Source: a virus. From it: a DNA stretch of 64,000 nucleotides. Under the pieces are notes generated by a model. The model worked only from the letters and a program-made list of their open reading frames with translations. It had not been told where the DNA came from and ran no database searches. Each line of letters starts with the position of its first letter. Positions within the stretch are counted from its first letter, which is position 1. The translations under genes were made by a program, and so were the position numbers. Below, in pieces: positions 9,664-20,245 of this stretch. Location: positions 32,001-96,000 of IMG/VR virus record IMGVR_UViG_3300035670_000019; one strand, given 5' to 3'.

Positions 9664-10925
9664 TAAATAAAAGAAAACCAATACCAAAAACACAAAGGGA
9701 ATTAAGTGTTGAAAGACAAGAACCTTATATTCCCCCGGCTGGTGCTCCTGGTTTTTCTCCTACTGGTAATCCTAATGACAGTAATCAACCTAATAGAGCA
9801 TTACAGACTTCTTTTAAAGGTGATACTGTCAAACCTATGTCTATTGGTATTCAAGATATAGATGAGGCTATAATGTATTATTTTCAAAACATTATTAAAC
9901 CATCTGTATCTCAAAATGGTGAAAGAATACCTGTACCTGTAATATATGGTTCACCTGAGAAATGGAAATCAATTCAAAAAGATGGCTATTATAGAGATTT
10001 AAATAATAGAATAATGGCTCCTCTTTTAGTGTTTAAACGTAATACTATCACTAAAGATAGAAGTTTAAATAATAAATTAGATGCTAATAACCCTCATAAT
10101 GTCGCTGTTGTAGGTCAATCATACACTAAAAGAAATGAATATAGTAAGTTTAACATGTTAAACAATGTTAAACCTGAAAAAACATATTATGTCACTGTAG
10201 TACCTGATCATTTAACAATTACTTATGATTGTGTAGCTTTTACCTATTATAATGACCAGTTAAATAAAATAATAGAAGCAATAGAATATGCTTCTGATTC
10301 ATATTGGGGTGATCCTGAAAGATTTAAATTTAAAGCTACTATTAATTCTTTTAATACCACAACAGATTTATCTGAAAGTGGAGAAAGAATAGTAAAAAGC
10401 ACTTTTACTTTAAACATCTATGGATATATTATCCCAGATACTATACAAAAAGATTTAAAAGCAGCTCGTAAATTCTCTGATAGAAATAGAGTTGTTTTTG
10501 GTTTAGAAACAACAGGTGGTAGTATAGAAAACTTTGAAGCTAACACTAAACAAACATCAGCTCAAGGTACTGGTGTAGCAAATATATTTGATTCTCAAAA
10601 TATAACTAACAATACAACCATTGTTTCTGGAGATATAGGATCTATTTCAACATATTTAAGTGCTAATAATCAAGTAACAGGAGCATATGTTGATTCAACA
10701 ACAGCTGTTTTTGCTTATGATTGGTTAGCAGCCCCATCACCTTTACCTGCTACAAACGCAGATCAGTTTGTATTCTTTGTTAATGGTCAATTAATAGAAA
10801 AAACAGCTATAGTATCATTCACTCAAGGGACTAACATAAGTACTTTAGTAATTGATTCTGTCGCTTTAGGATTTGGTTTTATATCAACAGATGAAATAAT
10901 AGGAATAGGAAAATTTGACGTATAA
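9660..10925 (+). CDS. Tail terminator/sheath stabilizer, gp15-like, with a C-terminal extension
   Basis: VPVIYGSPEKW motif and synteny. Confidence 0.7.
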   Translation: MINKRKPIPKTQRELSVERQEPYIPPAGAPGFSPTGNPNDSNQPNRALQTSFKGDTVKPMSIGIQDIDEAIMYYFQNIIKPSVSQNGERIPVPVIYGSPEKWKSIQKDGYYRDLNNRIMAPLLVFKRNTITKDRSLNNKLDANNPHNVAVVGQSYTKRNEYSKFNMLNNVKPEKTYYVTVVPDHLTITYDCVAFTYYNDQLNKIIEAIEYASDSYWGDPERFKFKATINSFNTTTDLSESGERIVKSTFTLNIYGYIIPDTIQKDLKAARKFSDRNRVVFGLETTGGSIENFEANTKQTSAQGTGVANIFDSQNITNNTTIVSGDIGSISTYLSANNQVTGAYVDSTTAVFAYDWLAAPSPLPATNADQFVFFVNGQLIEKTAIVSFTQGTNISTLVIDSVALGFGFISTDEIIGIGKFDV

Positions 10926-13366
10926 TGAGTATAATTAGAAAAGAACAATTAACTAATCCTCTATCAGCTTCCTATGCTTTAACAGCATCGTATGCTGAAA
11001 ATGCTTCTGTTACTATTGATACTAGTAGCTTAGTAACTACTTCAAGTTTTAACGCGTTTACTTCAAGCATAAACAACTTCACTTCATCCTATAATACAGG
11101 ATCATTTACAGGTAGCTTCACAGGTAATTTTAATGGTACTGCTAGTTGGGCAGAATATGTTGTTAATGAATCTACTACAAACACAGGTTCTCTTTTAACA
11201 ACAGCCTCTATTGTCTCAAATACTATAACCTTTACAAAAGGTGATGGATCAACCTTTCCTATAACTGTTGACACAGGATCAGGGGGTACAGGTGATACTA
11301 GTGGATTAGTAACTACTTCAAGTTTTAATGCGTTTACTTCAAGTATAAACAACTTTACATCGTCCTACAACACAGGATCATTTAGTGGAAGTTTTAGTGG
11401 AAGTTTTTATGGGACTGCTAGTTGGGCAGAGTATGTTGTTAATGCAGGAAATGTAGATACTAGTGGATTAGTTACCACTTCTAGCTTTAACGCGTTTACT
11501 TCAAGTATAAATACATTCACATCATCTTATAACACTGGATCATTCACTGGTAGTTTTAAAGGAAATTTTACTGGTTCTTTAAATGGAACTGCTACCCAAG
11601 CAAATACTGTTTATACTCAAGCACAGAATGCAAATATAGCTTACTCAATTCCATATTTAAGTGCTAATGGAACAACATATGCCGCTTTATATAATGATAC
11701 TACTCAATTAACTTATAATCCATTTTTAGGTAAGTTAACTATAAGTGGAAGTGGAATAGAGTTAACTGGTTCAATAATAGCTACTCAAGGATTTACAGGA
11801 TCATTATTTGGTACTGCATCTTGGGCTACAAATGCTTTAACAGCTTTAAATGGTTTTCCATATTTTGGTAGTGCAGCCATAACAGGTAGCTTAGTAGTGA
11901 CAAATGGAACTAACAATATTTTAATAGCTGATACGATTAATGGAAACTATCAACTAAATGATGGTAGTGGTATCCTTAGTGTAGATTGGAACAACAGAAC
12001 TTTAAATGATGGAAATAGAACCCCAGTAGACTGGTTTAATAGATATTTACAATCTTCAAATGCTGATGAGTTGTCTATTGATTGGGAAAATAGAGTTTTA
12101 TATGCGAGTGATGGCACAACTGCTCATTTAGATTGGAGTAATCCATCTTATATGCAACTAGGTTCTATAAATGAAAGCCCAATAGTAAGTGTGTTAGGTA
12201 TAGATAGTAATGGAAACATATACTCTACAGCCTCAAGTGCAATAGGTGGAGGAGGAGCAGGAGGTGATTTTGTACCTAGTAGTTGGACAGGATCAGCTGC
12301 TTCTCAATTTGCTGGAACTGCTTCTAGAGCTACCACAGCCTCTTTAGCTTTAACTGCTTCATCTTTAACAACAGGAACATATCAAATAACAAGCAGTTGG
12401 GCTACAAATGCTCTAACAGCTTCATTAGTATCAACTGCTTCGAGATTAAATGCTGATAATACTAGCATTTTTGGAGACAATAATAGAATGACTATTACTG
12501 CCTCTAATGGTATAATCATTAATGCTGGCAACCCTGGGGTAGATCTACAATCTAAAATAACTGTTACTGGTGATGTTTTGCCTGGAGGTACTATCACAAA
12601 CAATACATCTTCTTGGAGTTTAGGATCCCCTACACAAGCTTGGAAGGATTTATATGTTAGTAATGGTTCTGTGTATTTTATAAGTGGTTCTAATACTGCT
12701 AGTATTAGTTTTACTAATGGTAATATTGATTTTGGAGGAACAAATATAACTATCCCTACAGGCTCAATAGTTACTTCTGCTTCATATGCGGCTACTGCTT
12801 CTATAACTACTACTGCTACTAGTGCTTCATACGCGGCTACCGCTTCTTTATTATTAGGATCTGTAACTAGTGCTTCATATGCTGAAACAGCTTCATACAT
12901 AAGTAACGGAGTCAGTTTTATTGGAAGCGGTAGTATAATAACTGGATCCACAGCTATCTCTTCTTCCTATGGTTTGTATATTCCTGCTAATACATTTGGT
13001 GTAGGTGATTTAGTGGAAATTCATGGTGTATATACAAAACCTAATGGTGCTACTAGTACGGGATTCAATGTTTATATAAATACATCTGACCAATTATCTG
13101 GCGCTACTCAATTAGGGCAATACAGTACTACAACTTTTAGATGGATCCCATTCACCAGACTGTTGGCTATTGAATCAACTACTTCTACAGCATTATTCCC
13201 TACAAACGTATCACACTATAATGATATAATACCAATAGCAACAGCAACTGCTAGAGCATCTCTAAACATAGATTGGACAGTTGATCAATATATATTATTT
13301 GCAGCTTCAAACGCATCTTTAGCAGATAGAACAGATACATTTAGATTTTATGCTAAAAAGATATGA
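10925..13366 (+). CDS. Ser/Thr/Gly-rich tail fibre-like protein (813 aa)
   Basis: Recurrent SASYA, GTASWA and TGSFTGS motifs, plus a triple ~45-50 aa repeat. Confidence 0.75.
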   Translation: MSIIRKEQLTNPLSASYALTASYAENASVTIDTSSLVTTSSFNAFTSSINNFTSSYNTGSFTGSFTGNFNGTASWAEYVVNESTTNTGSLLTTASIVSNTITFTKGDGSTFPITVDTGSGGTGDTSGLVTTSSFNAFTSSINNFTSSYNTGSFSGSFSGSFYGTASWAEYVVNAGNVDTSGLVTTSSFNAFTSSINTFTSSYNTGSFTGSFKGNFTGSLNGTATQANTVYTQAQNANIAYSIPYLSANGTTYAALYNDTTQLTYNPFLGKLTISGSGIELTGSIIATQGFTGSLFGTASWATNALTALNGFPYFGSAAITGSLVVTNGTNNILIADTINGNYQLNDGSGILSVDWNNRTLNDGNRTPVDWFNRYLQSSNADELSIDWENRVLYASDGTTAHLDWSNPSYMQLGSINESPIVSVLGIDSNGNIYSTASSAIGGGGAGGDFVPSSWTGSAASQFAGTASRATTASLALTASSLTTGTYQITSSWATNALTASLVSTASRLNADNTSIFGDNNRMTITASNGIIINAGNPGVDLQSKITVTGDVLPGGTITNNTSSWSLGSPTQAWKDLYVSNGSVYFISGSNTASISFTNGNIDFGGTNITIPTGSIVTSASYAATASITTTATSASYAATASLLLGSVTSASYAETASYISNGVSFIGSGSIITGSTAISSSYGLYIPANTFGVGDLVEIHGVYTKPNGATSTGFNVYINTSDQLSGATQLGQYSTTTFRWIPFTRLLAIESTTSTALFPTNVSHYNDIIPIATATARASLNIDWTVDQYILFAASNASLADRTDTFRFYAKKI
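11019..11592 (+). repeat. Three copies of the DTSxLVTTSSFNAFTSSINxFTSSYNTGSF module
   Basis: Copies start near 11019, 11294 and 11457 and are also similar at the DNA level (e.g. TTTAAYGCGTTTACTTCAAGYATAAA). Confidence 0.9.
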
Positions 13367-13584
13367 TACTAGATATACAAACAATACCAAATGGAATAAC
13401 ATTACGAGGAGTAGATATGTATTTTACAACAACCTATTTTCCTAGTAGTGTTCAAATATATAATATATATCAACTAAGTATTGAATTAGATGAACAAATA
13501 ATATTTTTTGATTGTCGAGACACTACAATTGATGGAGTCTTTTATTTAGATTCAACTGCTTTTCAAAATACTTTAGGTTTATAA
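13363..13584 (+). CDS. Small hypothetical protein, possible fibre chaperone
   Basis: ATGA overlap with the fibre gene; 73 aa. Confidence 0.65.
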   Translation: MILDIQTIPNGITLRGVDMYFTTTYFPSSVQIYNIYQLSIELDEQIIFFDCRDTTIDGVFYLDSTAFQNTLGL

Positions 13585-13621
13585 TACTAAATCTTTTAAT
13601 ATTTATAACTAAAAGTAGTTA

Positions 13622-16600
13622 ATGGCCCAAGTCTATTTAAGTCAATATTCTAGAAGAGCAGCTGTAGCAGATTCTACAGACTCCGCATCATATGCTGCTA
13701 CAGCTTCATATATTAATCCTATTAGACTTGACCCTATTGAAGACCCAAATCCTACAGGTCTTCTATATCCTACCTCAACCTATTTATATCAAAGTGCTTC
13801 TAACACAGCTTTAGGATATGACTTATATATTCGTCAAGATGGAAATCTTGTAAAATGGAAGTGGGTAGAAGGTATGTTAAATACAGGCCTTCTTTATGGA
13901 GGAGTATTATCATACTCTGCTAGTTCTTTTCTTATAACTTCTGGAGCAGGTTTAATAGTTAATCATAATGCTGTAACTGGTTCTGAAATTAGTCCTATAG
14001 TAGAATATGTGACTTGGGGTCCTATAACTCAAAGTATTGAAAATATAGCCACTTTTCAAAATACATTTGTCTATATAGATGTTAGTGGTAGTGCTAGTCA
14101 ACAAAATGTATTTTTCTCTCCTGATCAATATCAAGAGTATATTCCTATAGGCCGAATATCACATTATGATAATGTGGTTACTAATGGTTCTAACATGAAT
14201 GTTCAAACCGCTTATGACATTGATGGACAACAAAGTGTTTTTGTTAGAGCATTTGGACCTTTAAAACTAACAGGTATAGCCACTAGTGGACAAGCTGGTA
14301 CTTTAAGATTAAATATAGGATCTGGAAGAGCATTTAGTTTAGGGCAATTCTATCCCTACAACCCAGAAACACCTAGTACATATGATGTATCAACTTATAA
14401 TACAGCTAGTATTATAAAAATATATAGAGATGGTGCTGGAGAGTATGTTTTTGATAACAATAGTGGAAATTATTATACTACTATAACTACTAATCTATAT
14501 GATGATGGAACAGGTACTTTAGCTGCAGTTGGTAATAATGAGTGGACTATTCAGCGTGTGATGGTAAATCCTGTCACAGGTAGAGCCCACGTTTATTATG
14601 GACAAAATGTTTATCCTACTTTTGATGAAGCAGTAGCAGATATATTTGCAGATGAATTTGTAGAAAGTGATGCTACAGCTTATTCTTATGTTTTTTCAGC
14701 TTATTTAGTTGTAAAAGGATTAACATCTGATTTAACAGATGATACTGAAAATAAAATAGTTCAAGCTGGTTTATTTAGAAATATAGCTGGTGGAGGAGGA
14801 GCAGGAGGTGGAGGAGTACCTGGTGGTCAAGACACTCAAATACAGTTTAATAATAATGGTGTATTTGATGGTGAACCTGAATTTACTTATAACTACACTG
14901 ATAGTATTGTCACATTAACAGGTTCAATGTTTGTAAGTGGAGCAATTTCTGCTTCATATGGACCTAGTACTGTAGGGTTTTATGGTACAGCAAGTTGGGC
15001 TGTGAGTGCTTCTCAAGCAGTATCTGCATCATATGCTTTTTCTGCCTCTTATGCTTTATCAAGTTCAAGAGCAACAACTGCTTCTTATGCTTTAACAGCT
15101 AGTTTTGCTACTACATCATCATATGCTTCTTCTAGCCCTAACTTTGCTAATACTGATTTAGTATTTACTTCTAATAGAAAACATGATACTAATAGATATT
15201 CTTATTTTATATATAGTGATTTAGTAGGAGGTGATGAAACAGATCCTTTTCAAGGATTTGGTGTTAGTGGTAGTTTCCATTACTTTAACACAGGATCAAA
15301 TGTTTTAGGAACAGCAGCTGGATCAACAAGTACTTACACTTACATTGAGATAACATCTCAATCTATTGATTTAAGTTTTAACGCTGATCCTGCTGTACCA
15401 AGTTCTTATACTTTTACTAAAAACTCTGCTTCTTTCTCTAGTTCTTTAACTGTAACCAAATCAGTATATTTTCCTGGTTTAACATCTGCCTCACGACCAA
15501 ATGTTGTAATGATAGATACAGCTTCAGGTCAACTATATTATTTAGACTCTTCTTCTTTAGGAGGAGCTACAGCAGATATAGCTATATCATCTTCAGGCAC
15601 TGGATTAACAGCAACTGTAGAATCTATAAACTTTGCAGGCGCTGGAGTGGTAGCTACAACTGTTGGAAACAATGTAACAGTGACTATTCCTGGAGGAGCA
15701 GGAGTTGCAGGTGGAGCAAATACTCAAATACAATTTAATAGTGGAAGTGAATTTAGTGGAAGCGGAAACTTCTCATTTAATTATGACAATAATATTGTTT
15801 ATTTAACAGGTTCAATGATAGTAAGTGGTAGTACCACATTAACAGGCTCAATGTTTGTTAGTGGTGCTATTTCCGCGTCATTTGGGCCTAACACTGTTGG
15901 ATTCTTTGGTACTGCATCTTGGGCTCAAAGTGCATCTCAAGCTGTAAGTTCAAGTTATAGTTTAAGTAGCAGTTACGCCTTATCAGCATCATATGCTTTA
16001 TCAAGTTCTTATGCTTTAAGTTCAAGTTATGCTTTATCTTCTTCGTATGCATTAAGTAGTAGCTATGCTTTAAGTTCATCTTACGCCTTAAGCTCTAGTT
16101 ATACTTTATCAAGTTCTTACAGTCTAAGTAGTTCTTATGCGTTAAGCTCTAGTTATGCTTTATCAAGTTCATATGCTCTTAGCGCGTCATACTCTTTAAG
16201 TAGTAGTTATGCTTTAAGTGCTTCATACAGTGATACAAGTTCATTCTCATTTACTTCATCATTAGCATATACTGCTTCGTTTATAACCGCTTCTAATGTA
16301 TGGGGACCATTTGGTTCTAGTAGTGTTGCAAGTGCATCCTTTGCTTCATCATCTGTTAGTGCGTCTTATGCTACTACAGCAGTAACCTCTTCTTACCCAA
16401 TTAATGTAACAGGTAGTACCTTGTATTCTGTAGCTCCTGTTTCTGGAATACCTAATATACCATCAGCTGATAATAGCATATTTTTTGGTTCTGAATCTGG
16501 TCTTAATGCTGTAAGTGCTTCATATTCAAACTTTATAGGTACCCAAGCCGGTAGGGAAGCAACCACAGCCTCATATTCAAACTTTATAGGCAATCAAGCT

Positions 16601-18196
16601 GGTAGAAATGCTTCTCGAGCTAATAATTCAAACTTCATAGGATATTTAGCAGGCAATGAAGCCACAACTGCTAGTAATTCTAACTTTATAGGAAACAGTG
16701 CTGGTAACAATGCTGCAAACGCTAATAACTCAAACTTTTTAGGGGACTCAGCGGGTAGGAGTGCTACAAATGCCTCATACTCAAATTTTTTAGGTGTTAA
16801 TGCGGGCAATGAAGCCACAAATGCTCCATACTCAAACTTTTTAGGATCTGGCACAGGTCAATCATCTACAAACGCTAACAACTCAAACTTTTTAGGTTAT
16901 CGTGCTGGTTATCAAGCTACAGACGCTTCATACTCAAACTTTATAGGTAGACAAGCAGGTTACATTGCTCTTAATGCTCAATATTCTAACTTTATAGGAA
17001 ACAATGCTGGTAACAATGCTGCAAACGCTAATAACTCAAACTTTTTAGGTAACCAGGCTGGTATTTTAGCTGCTAATGCTTCCCACTCAAACTTTTTAGG
17101 TAACGAGGCTGGTTACCAAGCCGCTTCTGCCTCATATTCAACATTGATTGGTTATCAAGTTGGATACGCTACTCATCCTTCTATGAGTATAGGTTCTAAC
17201 AATATTATAGTAGGTACTAATATAACACTTCCAACAGGTAGTAAAAATTCAATTAATTTAGGAGGAATTATATTTGCCACAGGATCATATGCTAATACTA
17301 CATTTGCTACATTCTCAGGTTCAGCAGGCGGTAAAGTTGGTATCAATGTATACCCACCAGAGTATAATTTACATGTATCAGGAACAGTAGCATTTCCTAA
17401 CTTAACAAATTCATCGCAGATTAATCTTGTTGTTGTAGATACAGCTTCAGGACAATTATTTTACTTACCTACATCTTCAGTTGGAGGAGGAGGAGGTGGA
17501 GGTGATATAACAGCAGTTAATGCTGGAGATGGTTTAAGCGGAGGAGGTTCATCTGGAGATGTAACCTTATCATTAAATACAGGATCAACCCATTTTATAG
17601 ATGGAGTGTATGCTTTAACAGGAAGTTTATTAACAACATCTTCCTTTAATAACTGGACAGGATCAACCACTAGCCAATTTGCTGGAACTGCTTCATATGC
17701 TACTTTTGCTAGTGCCGCATATGCTGCTCCTTCTGATACTTATATTCAATTTAATAGTGGAGGATTATTTTCAGGATCACAAAACTTTATTTTTGATTAT
17801 ACTGCAAATCAAGTCATTGTGACTGGTTCTACAGTAACATTAGGCACTTCATCCATTGATGGTATAGCTTTAATAGGCACTTCCTCAGCGTATGCTTTAT
17901 ACACTACAGCTAAAATTACAACTGTAAGTGGTATTAACACTATTTATTCTTTACAAACAGCCTCATATGATGGAGCATTTTTTGATTATACATTAATATC
18001 AGGATTAAATGCTAGAGCAGGACAAATAATGTCTATATGGAGTGGTAGTGAAGTAAGATACACAGAAACAACAACAACAGATATAGGATCAACCTCTGAA
18101 TTTATATTTTCAGTAGCATTAACAGCAGGTTCTGCTTCACTACAAGTGACAGGATCTACAGGTGCAGTAATAAAAACAATAATAAAAAGTATATAA
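13622..18196 (+). CDS. Large modular tail fibre/adhesin (1524 aa)
   Basis: Contains a hexapeptide SSSYAL array, 17-aa SNF(I/L)G repeats and three (Q/Y)IQFN..G.F.G modules. Late motif at 13599. Confidence 0.85.
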   Translation: MAQVYLSQYSRRAAVADSTDSASYAATASYINPIRLDPIEDPNPTGLLYPTSTYLYQSASNTALGYDLYIRQDGNLVKWKWVEGMLNTGLLYGGVLSYSASSFLITSGAGLIVNHNAVTGSEISPIVEYVTWGPITQSIENIATFQNTFVYIDVSGSASQQNVFFSPDQYQEYIPIGRISHYDNVVTNGSNMNVQTAYDIDGQQSVFVRAFGPLKLTGIATSGQAGTLRLNIGSGRAFSLGQFYPYNPETPSTYDVSTYNTASIIKIYRDGAGEYVFDNNSGNYYTTITTNLYDDGTGTLAAVGNNEWTIQRVMVNPVTGRAHVYYGQNVYPTFDEAVADIFADEFVESDATAYSYVFSAYLVVKGLTSDLTDDTENKIVQAGLFRNIAGGGGAGGGGVPGGQDTQIQFNNNGVFDGEPEFTYNYTDSIVTLTGSMFVSGAISASYGPSTVGFYGTASWAVSASQAVSASYAFSASYALSSSRATTASYALTASFATTSSYASSSPNFANTDLVFTSNRKHDTNRYSYFIYSDLVGGDETDPFQGFGVSGSFHYFNTGSNVLGTAAGSTSTYTYIEITSQSIDLSFNADPAVPSSYTFTKNSASFSSSLTVTKSVYFPGLTSASRPNVVMIDTASGQLYYLDSSSLGGATADIAISSSGTGLTATVESINFAGAGVVATTVGNNVTVTIPGGAGVAGGANTQIQFNSGSEFSGSGNFSFNYDNNIVYLTGSMIVSGSTTLTGSMFVSGAISASFGPNTVGFFGTASWAQSASQAVSSSYSLSSSYALSASYALSSSYALSSSYALSSSYALSSSYALSSSYALSSSYTLSSSYSLSSSYALSSSYALSSSYALSASYSLSSSYALSASYSDTSSFSFTSSLAYTASFITASNVWGPFGSSSVASASFASSSVSASYATTAVTSSYPINVTGSTLYSVAPVSGIPNIPSADNSIFFGSESGLNAVSASYSNFIGTQAGREATTASYSNFIGNQAGRNASRANNSNFIGYLAGNEATTASNSNFIGNSAGNNAANANNSNFLGDSAGRSATNASYSNFLGVNAGNEATNAPYSNFLGSGTGQSSTNANNSNFLGYRAGYQATDASYSNFIGRQAGYIALNAQYSNFIGNNAGNNAANANNSNFLGNQAGILAANASHSNFLGNEAGYQAASASYSTLIGYQVGYATHPSMSIGSNNIIVGTNITLPTGSKNSINLGGIIFATGSYANTTFATFSGSAGGKVGINVYPPEYNLHVSGTVAFPNLTNSSQINLVVVDTASGQLFYLPTSSVGGGGGGGDITAVNAGDGLSGGGSSGDVTLSLNTGSTHFIDGVYALTGSLLTTSSFNNWTGSTTSQFAGTASYATFASAAYAAPSDTYIQFNSGGLFSGSQNFIFDYTANQVIVTGSTVTLGTSSIDGIALIGTSSAYALYTTAKITTVSGINTIYSLQTASYDGAFFDYTLISGLNARAGQIMSIWSGSEVRYTETTTTDIGSTSEFIFSVALTAGSASLQVTGSTGAVIKTIIKSI
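15947..16234 (+). repeat. 16 tandem copies of the hexapeptide S(S/A)SY(A/S/T)L (18-bp unit, last copy SASYSD)
   Basis: Counted directly: 16 x 18 = 288 bp. Synonymous codons differ between units. Confidence 0.95.
16475..17188 (+). repeat. About 14 tandem 17-aa repeats SNF(I/L)GxxAGxxAxxAxx (beta-solenoid-like)
   Basis: Seen in the translation. Includes a 67-bp near-exact duplication (16677-16743 vs 16983-17049, one mismatch, offset 306 bp = 6 units). Confidence 0.9.
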
Positions 18197-18200
18197 CAAA

Positions 18201-18953
18201 ATGAGTATTTCAATAGGTGGAAAAATAGTAACAGATGGATTAGTAATACATTTAGATGCTTTAAACCCCAGATCATATCCTGGAAGTGGCACAGACTGGA
18301 TTGATTTAACTCTATATAATAATACAGGTAGTTTTTTAAATATTACCCCTACTGTAGCAAATGGTTATGCATCTTTTACTGGAGAAAACGATACTTCAAG
18401 GGTGTTTATAGATAACATTAATGAAATTACATCCACTACATATTATGTCACTGTTGATATGTGGGCTCGAATTAATAACCCACCATCATTCCCTGGAGAT
18501 ACCAGTGCTACAATGCTTTGTGGTTTTGGAGACCAATCCTCATATAGTGTACAAATAAGAGCTGCTAATGATTTTTTAGGTTTTACTACTGGAACAACTG
18601 ATATATATGGAATTGATACTGTAACTGAGCTAGGATTATTAGATAATTGGAAACACTATTGTTTTGTGATGATAGACACAGAACACACAGCCCTAACCGA
18701 AGATGATCAAAAAATATACATTAATGGACAATCTCAAGTTTTAAGCCAACAAGTTAACACCTTTGGCTCTAGTTACTTTAGTCTTAACCAACCAAATAGC
18801 TCATTCGGATTCCCAGGAAGAGCTTACACTAATGGTGGTATTGTTTTAACAAATATGGATATAGCTCTTGTAAAAGTCTACAATCGCGAACTTACCCAAG
18901 CAGAAGTAACTCAAAACTTTAACGCACATAAAGGAAGATTTAATATTTATTAA
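18201..18953 (+). CDS. LamG/concanavalin A-like lectin domain virion protein
   Basis: Motifs IVTDGLVIHLDA..PRSYPGSGT.W.DL, WKHYCFV, KIYING and KVYNRELTQAEVTQNFN. Confidence 0.85.
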   Translation: MSISIGGKIVTDGLVIHLDALNPRSYPGSGTDWIDLTLYNNTGSFLNITPTVANGYASFTGENDTSRVFIDNINEITSTTYYVTVDMWARINNPPSFPGDTSATMLCGFGDQSSYSVQIRAANDFLGFTTGTTDIYGIDTVTELGLLDNWKHYCFVMIDTEHTALTEDDQKIYINGQSQVLSQQVNTFGSSYFSLNQPNSSFGFPGRAYTNGGIVLTNMDIALVKVYNRELTQAEVTQNFNAHKGRFNIY

Positions 18954-18986
18954 TAACAAATCTTGGATAGGGAAAAGATTTAAATT

Positions 18987-20096
18987 ATGGCAAATGAATT
19001 TGTAATAAAAAATGGATATTTCTCCCAAGGAAATTCCAATGTGACTGGATCGTTACAAGTAACTGGATCTGTAGGTGTTACTGGATCTGCTTCTATAACT
19101 GGTTCATTAACATCAATTGGTACATCAACATTTTCTGGTTCTGTTTTAATGACAGGATCATTAAACGCTATAGTATCTGGAGCTATAGATTTAACTGGTT
19201 TTATAACAGCCTCTAAAATCTTTATTACAAGTTCAAATGGAAACCAGTTGACTGTAATAGGATCTGGTTCAACTATAGCTCAAGTATATGGTTCTCAAGG
19301 TAATCTATTAACAGTAAATGATACTTTTTCTGGTTCTATATTCACAGTCACAGACATTTCTGGCTACCCAATATTAGATGTTACTTCTGATTATTATACT
19401 GGGTCTGTGTTTTTACCTATGATGCAATCACAATCACAACAGCATGTTGTGGTGTATGATTCTCAATCCGGATTGTTAACATACACACTAGCAGATGCTG
19501 TTGGTGGAGGTATATCTTTTCCTTATACTATAACTAGTAGTGCGGTAGTACCTATATTTAATGTGTCTGGAAGTTATTATTTTGAAATAGGTCGAGATGG
19601 ATCAGGTGAGAGGTTATTTAGAATGCAATATGATGAAGCTACTGGAGGTGGAGGCGTTGTTGTTGAAATGGGAGGAATTACAGCTGGTGATACTATTCTT
19701 ACTGTCAATCAAGCTTTACAAACTATTGATATTAATGCCCCCACAGCTAGTATTCAAGGTTTAACAAATGTAGCTCAAACTAATGTTGTGACAATTGACA
19801 CAGTTACAGGCCAATTATTTTATACAGCTTCATCAGCCATTGGGGGTGGAGGTCCAAGTACTTTTAATTCAACTTCTTCCGTTATTGGAGATGGAGCACT
19901 CACAACTTGGGATATCAATCATGGTTTTAATACAAGAAATTTACACATAACAGTCTATGAAAGTAGTTCAAATGGAGTAACAGGTAATGGTGAAACAGTT
20001 TACCCTGATATAAGAAGAATTAATGAAAATACAGCAAGTATTGTATTTGCTAACCCACCAACATCATTACAGTATATAGTTTATGTATCACAATAA
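18987..20096 (+). CDS. Tail fibre-associated structural protein
   Basis: TGS-repeat N-terminus; shares the NVVTIDTVTGQLFY module with the large fibre; C-terminal INHGFNTRN domain. Confidence 0.7.
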   Translation: MANEFVIKNGYFSQGNSNVTGSLQVTGSVGVTGSASITGSLTSIGTSTFSGSVLMTGSLNAIVSGAIDLTGFITASKIFITSSNGNQLTVIGSGSTIAQVYGSQGNLLTVNDTFSGSIFTVTDISGYPILDVTSDYYTGSVFLPMMQSQSQQHVVVYDSQSGLLTYTLADAVGGGISFPYTITSSAVVPIFNVSGSYYFEIGRDGSGERLFRMQYDEATGGGGVVVEMGGITAGDTILTVNQALQTIDINAPTASIQGLTNVAQTNVVTIDTVTGQLFYTASSAIGGGGPSTFNSTSSVIGDGALTTWDINHGFNTRNLHITVYESSSNGVTGNGETVYPDIRRINENTASIVFANPPTSLQYIVYVSQ

Positions 20097-20239
20097 TGGC
20101 AAAGTTTTTAACTGAAATACAATTTGTATCCACAAGCTCAATGGAAACACCAGAGCCTGGATTTGTAACAGTATATATGAATACTAATGGATATTTATAC
20201 GCAAAATTTCCTAATGGGGAACAAGCTAGGTTAAGTTAA
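20096..20239 (+). CDS. 47-aa protein missed by the ORF track (MAKFLTEIQFVSTSSMETPEPGFVTVY...)
   Basis: TAATG overlap with the upstream stop, fills the gap, and resembles the N-termini of the next two genes. Confidence 0.75.
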   Translation: MAKFLTEIQFVSTSSMETPEPGFVTVYMNTNGYLYAKFPNGEQARLS

Positions 20240-20245
20240 TATGTT

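Noticed and set aside
15947-17188. Possible CRISPR array or DGR repeats
   Set aside because: The repeats are in-frame coding repeats without spacers. The 67-bp pair has a single mismatch and both copies lie in one ORF, and no reverse transcriptase is present in the window.
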